8,384 bases of DNA from Octopus sinensis. Its lineage: Eukaryota. The notes beneath the pieces are model-generated. The model saw nothing but the letters and a program-made list of their open reading frames with translations. It made no database searches and was not told the DNA's origin. Positions 1 to 7,070 of this stretch are shown piece after piece. Made by a program: the position numbers and the translations under genes. Where the stretch lies: the NCBI RefSeq assembly GCF_006345805.1, contig NW_021828401.1, positions 1 through 8,384 on the forward strand, given 5' to 3'. The stretch's first letter is position 1; each line of letters opens with the position of its first letter.

Positions 1-1047
1 TAAACCTTTATAAGGTCCTTGGTTTGTAAAACTGTATACGGTAAGGTCCTTTATTATTATTGTATATATAACATAATGCAAACGTGTAGCTTTTTTGTGC
101 CTTTTGTTTGCAGAAAATAAAGAAATAACAGTAATAACGTTTAATAAAGATTTTTAGGGGGCTGTACCTCTGAAAAACCTAAACCTTTATAAGGTCCTTG
201 GTTTGTAAAACTGTATACGGTAAGGTCCTTTATTATTATTGTATATATAACAACTAATGCAAACGTTTAGCTTTTTTGTGCATTTTTTGCAGAAAATAAA
301 GAAATAACAGTAATAACGTTTAATAAAGATTTTTAGGGGCTGTACCTCTGAAAAACCTAAACCTTTATAACGTCCTTGGTTTGTAAAACTGTATACGGTA
401 AGGTCCTTTATTATTATTGTATATATAACATAATGCAAACGTGTAGCTTTTTTGTGCCTTTTGTTTGCAGAAAATAAAGAAATAACAGTAATAACGTTTA
501 ATAAAGATTTTTAGGGGGCTGTACCTCTGAAAAACCTAAACCTTTATAAGGTCCTTGGTTTGTAAAACTGTATACGGTAAGGTCCTTTATTATTATTGTA
601 TATATAACATAATGCAAACGTTTAGCTTTTTTGTGCATTTTGTTTGCAGAAAATAAAGAAATAACAGTAATAACGTTTAATAAAGATTTTTAGGGGCTGT
701 ACCTCTGAAAAACCTAAACCTTTATAACGTCCTTGGTTTGTAAAACTGTATACGGTAACGTCCTTTATTATTATTGTATATATAACATAATGCAAACGTG
801 TAGCTTTTTTGTGAATTTTGTTTGCAGAAAATAAAGAAATAACAGTAATAACGTTTAATAAAGATTTTTAGGGGGCTGTACCTCTGAAAAACCTAAACCT
901 TGTGTATAATACGCACCCCTTCTCTAACTTGAGTCAAGGAGGTCTATATAACGTCCTTGGTTTGTAAAACTGTATACGGTAACGTCCTTTATTATTATTG
1001 TATATACAGCATAATGCAAACGTGTAGCTTTTTTGTGCATTTTGTTC
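1..1047. repeat. Tandem array of a 179/178-bp AT-rich unit (5 full units plus a deviant sixth partial unit; open at the left edge)
   Basis: TAAACCTT unit starts at 1, 180, 358, 537, 715 and 894 (spacings 179, 178, 179, 178, 179). Units are near-identical. The sixth has 45 extra bp (902-946), and homology stops after TTTTGTT at about 1046. Confidence 0.97.
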
Positions 1048-1480
1048 ACAGATCTTTGTATAAAAGTTGTAGAAGTTCTTTTAATCGTTGATTGGGTCAG
1101 TTGCAAAACAAGATTTCTTACTTTGCGATCAGCCATTTGACATTAATTTTATATGTTGTCACCGAAACAGAGAAGAAGCAAATGTTTTAGAAAATATGAC
1201 AGACGAATCTTTTTCTCAGACAAAAAAATGTTTTATTTAACAACAACGGAAAGAATAACCTGGTTACAGAGAAAAAAGTACAACAGTGAAGAAACAACAA
1301 AGAATAATCACTCTTTAAATATTACATTCGGAAGGTAAGTATGTGAACATGTCTTTGTGTGCAACAGAATGTCTGAGAAAGTTTACTGTGCTTATGACAG
1401 AAAAATGTGTTTGAATGTGAGACATATCGGTGCCACTTTAGTGAGAAGTCTACCTGGTCATTTACACTTTAGCGTGTAGA

Positions 1481-1583
1481 CTAACCTTAACCCTAATCTT
1501 ACCCCTAAACCCTAATCCTGACCCAAACCCTAATCCTAGCTTTAAACTTAAGTCCTAATCCTACCCCCTGATCCAGATCCGAT
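1481..1583 (+). repeat. Degenerate (CCCTAA)n telomere-like hexamer tract
   Basis: ctaacc ttaacc ctaatc ttaccc ctaaac cctaat cctgac ccaaac cctaat cctagc...: about 15 degenerate ~6-bp units with exact CCCTAA at several places. Confidence 0.7.
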
Positions 1584-1763
1584 CATTAAACAGCAGTTAC
1601 ACATTAATATCTATGTGTATACGTAGGTATACATGTGTAGAATACATCCCCACTATTGGCACTATTTGTTAGTAAACAGTACGAACTGTGTCTAAAGTGG
1701 ATACGCAGAATGTGTATCACTCCGCTGTATATTGACAGTTCGTAAACAGACAGTTCGTAAATA

Positions 1764-2165
1764 GGCGCAGGAGTGGCTGTGTGGTAAGTAGCTTGTTTAC
1801 CAACCACATGGTCCTGGGTTCAGTCCCACTGCGTGGCACCTTGGGCAAGTGTCTTCTACTCTAGCCTCGGGCCGACCAAAGCCTTGTGAGTGGAGTTGGT
1901 AGACGGAAACTGAAAGAAGCCCGTCGTATATATGTATATATATATATGTGTGTGTTTGTGTGAGTGTGTTTGTCCCCCTAGCATTGCTTGACAACCGACG
2001 CTGGTGTGTTTATGTTCCCGTTACTTAGCGATTCGGCAAAAGAGACCGATAGAATAAGTACTGGGCTTACAAAAGAATAAGTCCCTGGGTCGAGTTGCTC
2101 GATTAAAGGCGGTGCTCCAGCATGGCCGCAGTCAAATGACTGAAACACGTAAAAGAGTAAAAGAG
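1764..2165 (+). mobile_element. Full-length tRNA-derived SINE with CORE-like domain (Octopus OR-type SINE-like)
   Basis: Pol III A box TGGCTGTGTGG (1774-1784) and B box GGTTCAGTCCC (1817-1827). ACCTTGGGCAAGT (1838-1850) matches the MIR/CORE consensus. Internal (TA)/(TG) microsatellite at about 1926-1973. 3' stem-loop CAGTC-AAAT-GACTG (2129-2142) and tail GTAAAAGA x2 (2149-2164). A second copy lies at 6530-6668. No TSD found. Confidence 0.9.
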
Positions 2166-2506
2166 ACTAAGCAAAATAAACACGTAAAACAATAACAATG
2201 CCTTCATTGAGTTGTCTATCATCCCATCACGAATGAAACAATGCATAACATGGTGGTAGCAGTGTTGATTACGTCTACTGCTGTAGACCACACACTAATG
2301 TAGCACTGAAATATCTTACACACCCAAGCTGAAGCTCGATTCGTGCTGGTGAAAGGTAAACAGTGAAATAAGGAACCCAACAGCTTTTCAGGGGTGCAGT
2401 CGGGTTCCAAAGTTAGGGGGAAGCGAGTACATAAAAAAAAAGCCCTGTGACTCATACCAAACAATTTTTCGCTGATTTTCCTTATATTACGCGAAATATT
2501 TCATTA

Positions 2507-2690
2507 TCTATTATATAAAATCCTTTCTGTAAGTCTGTGCGTGTGTCTTCTAGGATCTCGGGCATCCTCCATCCGATTGCGCTCAAATTTGATATGTAGA
2601 TACCGACAGTATCAGGGCGTGTATAAGTCTTGAAAAAATTACAAAAATCGATTCCAGGTGAGAATGCGATCGATAAAGCCGTGGGAATGT
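2507..2690 (+). mobile_element. 5' end of a non-autonomous Helitron-like element (right boundary undefined)
   Basis: A|TCTATTATATAAAA start, then a short GTCTGTGCGTGTGTC tract, then CCGATTGCGCTCAAATTTGATATGTAG. This mirrors the recalled invertebrate Helitron-N 5' layout TCTAT..TATAAA..(GTCT/GTTT)n..CCGATT..AAATTTGG. No nearby hairpin+CTAG 3' end on the + strand. Confidence 0.5.
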
Positions 2691-2989
2691 GCATTTGTGT
2701 GCGCAAGTACATCAGCTGTTGCGATCGATACTACACGTACGCAAGAAAAATGCACATGCAGTTTGTGCTGGCTGGCATGAAATAATGCCACAAAATGCAG
2801 TATATTTAAGAGACCAAAAATGTAAGATGCAAAAGAGATATTTTCTTAAAACTTGGCATGAAGGAAGGAAAGACTATTTCGTTTCTTAGGTCCCTAGGTT
2901 GTTGAAAGATTAAATATAAGATAAAACATATAACGATGATTAAGTAATGTGCAAAATAATAAATAAAACGTATATATTTGGTAGAATAA

Positions 2990-3165
2990 TGTGTATATAC
3001 ATGTATATATAAATATATATATATATATGTGTGTGTGTGTGTATGTATGTATGCATGTATATATATGTATATATATATATGTGTGTGTGTGTATATATAT
3101 ATGTCTATGTGTATGTATATATGTATGTATATATTTAAATTATATATATATACATGTATATATAA
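2990..3165. repeat. Compound (TA)/(TG)/(TATG) microsatellite
   Basis: Read directly; abuts the outer end of the left palindrome arm. Confidence 0.95.
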
Positions 3166-4513
3166 ATATAAGAAAAAGGGACAGGCAAAACAGGTTGCTT
3201 GACCGCATACCGAAAAAATAGAAATAGCAGTCAAGAATGCTTATTTCTATCAAAGTTGGACTCCGGGCATGACAGACCCTGTAATTCACATATGCAAAAC
3301 AGAAGGAATAGATAACGAATACGAAGTCTGGCGGTTATCTGTGAACATCATGTTTCTGGATTATAAACATATTGAATATATATTCCATATATTTTTTTGA
3401 AATATATTTCATATATATTGCATATATATTTCACATCCTTCTTCAGCACAGCTTTCCATTGAAAAAGATTTATCATAGATTTATCAAATGCTACGTACCT
3501 CAAACCTTCTGACCATGCGACATCAAAATATTTGAAGAGAGTGACAAAGGCTAAATCTACATAGACGTTTGAATTCATAAATCCTCCCTCCAAAAATTCT
3601 GCCATGCGCATTACAAAATAGGTTGTCAAAGGAAGTGAAATCTCCAAATAGTAATATAAAGATAAGAGTAATAATTTCTATAAAGGCTTTTAAAAAAACC
3701 CCAATTATTTACTGGTAGAATTCGGTATGTAAATATAGCCGATTACCGGCAGGAACTTCTGTAAAGTTCAGTATATATATTGTATATAAGAAAAAGGGAC
3801 AGGCAAAACAGTTGCTTGACCGCATTCTTGACTGCTATTTCTATTTTTTCGGTATGCGGTCAAGCAACCTGTTTTGCCTGTCCCTTTTTCTTATATACAA
3901 TATATATACTGAACTTTACAGAAGTTCCTGCCGGTAATCGGCTATATTTACATACCGAATTCTACCAGTAAATAATTGGGGTTTTTTTAAAAGCCTTTAT
4001 AGAAATTATTTACTCTTATCTTTATATTACTATTTGGATTTTTCACTCCCTTTGACAACCTATTTTTGTAATGCGCATGGCAGAATTTTTGGAGGGAGGA
4101 TTTATGAATTCAAACGTCTATGTAGATTTAGCCTTTGCCCACTCTCTTCAAATATTTTGATGTCGCATGGTCAGAAGGTTTGAGGTACGTAGCATTTGAT
4201 AAATCTATGATAAATCTTTTTCAATGGAAAGCTGTGCTGAAGAGGATGTGAAATATATATGCAATATATATGAAATATATTTCAAAATATATATGGAATA
4301 TATATTCAATATGTTTATAATCAGAAACATGATTTCACAGATAACCGCCAGACTTCGTATTCGTTATCTATTCCTTCTGTTTTGCATATGTGAATTACAG
4401 GGTCTGTCATGCCCGGAGTCCAACTTTGATAGAAATAAGCATTCTTGACTGCTATTTCTATTTTTTCGGTATGCGGTCAAGCAACCTGTTTTGCCTGTCC
4501 CTTTTTCTTATAT
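3166..4513. repeat. Long inverted repeat: arms 3166-3825 and 3854-4513 (660 bp each), 28-bp spacer 3826-3853
   Basis: Line-by-line reverse complement of the left arm matches the right arm with about 13 differences (about 8 single-base indels and 5 substitutions; about 98% identity). Confidence 0.97.
3348..3647 (-). pseudogene. Possible decayed non-LTR retrotransposon reverse-transcriptase fragment (frameshifted duplicate at about 4033-4330, +)
   Basis: The ORF reads TTYFVMRMAEFLEGGF...AFVTLFKYFDVAWSEGLRY...FQW. By eye this aligns in order and spacing with the Jockey/I-type RT stretch STTxQLLRxxExIxxGF...AxFxDxxKAFDxVWHxGLxYKL...W. An FGF reading lies just upstream across a frameshift in the right-arm copy (4033-4041). 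The conserved Asp is replaced by Thr. No HMM was run. Confidence 0.4.
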
Positions 4514-4636
4514 ACATATTATACTGAACTTTACAGAAGTTCCTGCCGGTAATCGGCTATATTTACATACCGAATCTACCAGTAAATAATTGGTTTTTTT
4601 TAAAAGCCTTTATATAAATTATTTACTCTTATCTTT
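3822..4636 (+). repeat. 617-bp tandem unit, about 1.3 copies on + (and about 1.07 copies inverted at 3166-3825)
   Basis: GCATTCTTGACTGC starts at 3822 and 4439 (period 617). The second copy stops at 4636, where a microsatellite begins. On the left arm GACCGCAT ends at 3208 and 3825 (period 617). Confidence 0.95.
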
Positions 4637-4667
4637 GTATATATAAATATGTGTTTATATATGTATG

Positions 4668-4726
<59 letters not shown>

Positions 4727-4999
4727 GTATATATATATGTATGTATGTTTATGTGTGTGTATGTATGTGTGTGTATGTTTGTATGTATGTATGTATGTGT
4801 TTGTGTGTGTATGTATGCATGTATGTATATGTTTGTATGTATGTTTGTATTTATGTATGTATGCATGTATCTATTTACGTATGTATGTATTTATGTATGT
4901 ATGTATGTATGTATGCATGTATGTATGTATGTATGTATGTATGCATGTATGTATGTATGTATGTATGTATGTATGTATGTATGTATGTATGCATGTATG
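4637..4999. repeat. Compound (TA)n/(TATG)n microsatellite
   Basis: Read directly; explains the overlapping YI/CM-rich ORFs. Confidence 0.97.
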
Positions 5000-5162
5000 C
5001 GCTGTAAGAATACGAAGTTTCTGGAATAATATATATTCTACTTGAAAAGCACTGAGATGACCATGGCATCGAAATAAATTTTCGGATCTGAAAAAAAAAA
5101 TGAAGGAAAAAAATTTGACAAAATTTAACGCAGTTAATTCTGTGTTTCTCGATGGTTATATT

Positions 5163-5198
5163 TGTGTGTGTGTATGTGTTTGTGTGCGTGCATGTGTA

Positions 5199-5250
<52 letters not shown>

Positions 5251-5286
5251 TGTGTGTGAGTATGTTTGTGTGTGTGTGTGTGCGTG
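5163..5286. repeat. (TG)n microsatellite
   Basis: Read directly; lies just beyond the 3' end of the minus-strand RTE-like element. Confidence 0.95.
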
Positions 5287-5293
5287 GTGTTCT

Positions 5294-5394
5294 GTTATTG
5301 GCATCTTTTTGTCTCGGGAGACAATGGAGTTTCGCATAAACCAATCCAGTCTGGTTTTTTACATTTCATGTATGTATATATATATACATATATA

Positions 5395-5450
<56 letters not shown>

Positions 5451-5998
5451 TTTATGTATGTATGTATGTATGTATGTATGTATGTATGTGTGTGTATGTT
5501 TGTATGTATGTATGTGTGTGTTTGTTGTGTGTGTGCGTGTGTGTATGTATGTATGTATGCATGTCCTGCTATTTTTTAAAATTATTATAAATCTTCCACT
5601 GAAGAGGGAGTCAGGTTTCCAACAAAGATACAAGGCTCCATCTTTGGGGTGTAGTTAACACAGACAAATTCACATTTGGAACTTGGAAAAGTCTTGCATA
5701 TCTTTACCGTTCCACTCACAGTTTTGCGCAGGACCTCGGCTAGATGTAAGAAAATCCTGGGTAACCCCATCGTCAGGACTCCTCTCTCGACCTTGCTGAC
5801 GTAGTCCAAAGGAGCGCAGAGAGCATTGCGTTTGGCACCAGCTTGGTTTGCAGGAGCTGCCGGAAGAGTATCGAGCGAACACGAAACCACCTACGGGCCT
5901 CCACTCTGGATTTCTTTGAAGGTTGTCTCTTTTCTGTAACCCTGGATAGGGGCCCATACTGGGTTCTGTCAGCCGGAGCCAGCTGAGCCCGCGTCCTG
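5294..5998 (-). mobile_element. Non-autonomous RTE-clade-derived retroposon (5'-UTR-like part 5587-5998 plus 3'-end-like part 5294-5340), interrupted
   Basis: The minus strand has ..ggcagctcctgcaaaccaagctggtgccaaacgcaatgctc..cctttggactacgtc..cccaggat.. and ends gcgaaactccattgtctcccgagacaaaaagatgccaataac. Both blocks resemble recalled BovB/AviRTE-related sequences (ctggtgccaaac..cctttggactac; ccattgtctctcgagacagacggatgccaacaac). The region is GC-richer than its flanks. The 5' boundary is approximate. Confidence 0.55.
5368..5564. repeat. Compound (TATG)/(TA)/(TG) microsatellite inside the RTE-like element
   Basis: Read directly. Confidence 0.95.
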
Positions 5999-6034
5999 TA
6001 TATTTTATTTAACGAGCTTATACTGTAAAGAGAT

Positions 6035-6417
6035 GGAGGCGCAATGGCCCAGTGGTTAGGGCAGCGGACTCGTGGTCATAGGATCGCGGTTTCGATTCCC
6101 AGACCGGGTGTTGTGAGTGTTTATTGAGCGAAAACACCTAAAAGCTCCATGAGGCTCCGGCAGGGGATGGTGGTGATCCCTGCTGTACTCTTTCACCACA
6201 ACTTTCTCTCACTCTTACTTCCTGTTTCTGATGTACCTGTATTTCAAAGGGCCGGCCTTGTCACTCTCTGTGTCACGCTGAATATCCCCGAGAACTACGT
6301 TAAGGGTACACGTGTCTGTGGAGTGCTCAGCCACTTACACGTTAATTTCACGAGCAGGCTGTTCCGTTGATTCGGATCAACCGGAACCCTCGTCGTCGTA
6401 ACCGACGGAGTGCTTCC
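6035..6417 (+). mobile_element. Full-length tRNA-derived SINE, second family
   Basis: A box TGGCCCAGTGG (6045-6055) and B box-like GTTTCGATTCC (6089-6099). 3' hairpin GTTCC-GTTGAT-TCGG-ATCAAC-C-GGAAC (6361-6387). The end AACCGACGGAGTGCTTCC resembles recalled RTE-type tails. Possible 8-bp TSD ACTGTAAA at 6022-6029 and 6421-6428, with the left copy 5 nt off the A-box-proximal start. Confidence 0.85.
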
Positions 6418-6529
6418 AAAACTGTAAAACGTCACAAAATTGCGGTATTCGTCGCGAGACAACATCTCGTATAGGCTTATAGTACTAAAAAGTACAAAAG
6501 CATATCAATAGCGAACGAAAAGTGTCCAG

Positions 6530-6663
6530 TTACAAACCACATGGTTCCGGGTTCAGTCCTACTGCATGACACCTTGGACAAGTGTCTTCTACTATAAGCC
6601 CCGGCCGACCAAAACCATGTCAGTGGATTGGTAGACAGAAACTAAAACAAGCCCGTCGTATAC

Positions 6664-6668
<5 letters not shown>
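6530..6668 (+). mobile_element. Truncated copy of the CORE-type SINE (no A box, no 3' body)
   Basis: Aligns to 1797-1930 at roughly 85% by eye. Retains the B box (GGTTCAGTCC) and the CORE-like segment, then runs into (TA)23. Confidence 0.9.

Positions 6669-6714
<46 letters not shown>
6669..6714. repeat. (TA)23 microsatellite, left flank of the Penelope-like element
   Basis: Read directly. Confidence 0.97.
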
Positions 6715-6717
<3 letters not shown>

Positions 6718-6857
6718 GTAAAACGGTAAGATAACAAAAGAAAGAAAGAGACCTCAATATTATGTAAATAGAGGAAATTTATCTATAAAATAATATGTTA
6801 CATTACTCGATAGTCAGATAAAAACTCTGAGTTTCAGATGCCGAAAATTCAACAAAA

Positions 6858-6895
6858 CCTGTTACTCTGAGTGTCACGTCCCGTTCGTCGGACAG
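6858..6895 (-). ncRNA. Minimal type I hammerhead ribozyme-like motif (A14C variant, probably inactive)
   Basis: Minus strand CUGU-CCGACGA-AC GGGAC GU-GAC-AC UCAGA GU-A-ACAG. Helix I is CUGU/ACAG, helix II is 2 bp, helix III is palindromic (ACUC-A-GAGU), and the cleavage triplet is GUA. The core reads CCGACGA instead of CUGANGA and GAC instead of GAA. Confidence 0.55.
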
Positions 6896-6897
6896 TT

Positions 6898-6933
6898 TCC
6901 GACGAACAGGAACGTGAAACTCCGAGTAACAGG
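6898..6933 (+). ncRNA. Minimal type I hammerhead ribozyme-like motif (5' strand of helix I lost at the inversion junction)
   Basis: U-CCGACGA(6899-6905)-AC AGGAAC GU-GAA(6916-6918)-AC UCCGA GU-A(6928)-ACAGG. GAAA and GUA are intact and helix III is palindromic (ACUC-C-GAGU). Only 1 bp of helix I can form in cis. Confidence 0.55.
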
Positions 6934-7036
6934 TTTTTTGAATTTCTGGTGCTTTTAATAAAGCATATTACTCTACCCTGGTATTTGAGTACTCTTTTTT
7001 CCACCTTGTTTCACATTTATGTGTTTACTCTTACTC

Positions 7037-7038
<2 letters not shown>

Positions 7039-7070
<32 letters not shown>

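Larger units (their letters stand above)
6715..7038. mobile_element. Penelope-like (PLE) pseudo-LTR-derived element made of two head-to-head halves, inserted in (TA)n
   Basis: Flanked by (TA)23 and (TA)14. Central 48-bp inverted arms (6845-6892 / 6898-6945) each carry a minimal hammerhead-like motif. AATAAA at 6957-6962 lies downstream of the + motif. Inverted pLTRs, minimal hammerheads and (TA)n targeting are established PLE traits. No PLE ORF is present. Confidence 0.6.

Noticed and set aside
1-1047. CRISPR-like array
   Set aside because: The units are wholly repeated with no unique spacers, and the context is eukaryotic.
1734-1761. 13-bp direct repeat GACAGTTCGTAAA x2 next to the SINE, as a possible TSD
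   Set aside because: Both copies lie on the same side of the SINE, so it is a local tandem duplication.
1764-1835. tRNA gene (also 6035-6105)
   Set aside because: A and B boxes are present, but they continue into SINE bodies and no full cloverleaf is evident.
2884-2900. CCTAGG as the 3' end of the Helitron starting at 2507
   Set aside because: No GC-rich hairpin upstream, and CTAG is followed by G rather than T.
4251-4313. 11-12 bp degenerate AATATATATG repeats within the 617-bp unit
   Set aside because: Low-complexity AT-rich tract. It explains the Y/I-rich tail of the 99-aa ORF, which I do not count as RT evidence.
4600-5633. Many 60-140 aa ORFs rich in YI, CV, HT and CM
   Set aside because: They are translations of (TA), (TG) and (TATG) microsatellites. 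The same applies to ORFs at 2806-3234, 2991-3221, 6871-7167 and 7123-7351.
5754-5776. Minus-strand CUGACGA-UGGG-GUUA-CCCA resembling a hammerhead core plus helix II
   Set aside because: It is followed by GGAU rather than GAAA, and I found no helix III or NUH site.
5585-5957. Two overlapping ~100-aa minus-strand ORFs
   Set aside because: They lie in the GC-richer RTE-like UTR, show no recognisable domain, and two frames are open simply because stops are rarer there.
5605-5990. HDV-like ribozyme, expected near RTE 5' ends (P1 candidates GGGAGUC/GACUCCU on +, GGGCUCA/UGGGCCC on -)
   Set aside because: Neither candidate has the required P3/L3 before the P1 3' strand or the P1.1 GG after it. A descriptor search (RNArobo/Infernal) would settle it.
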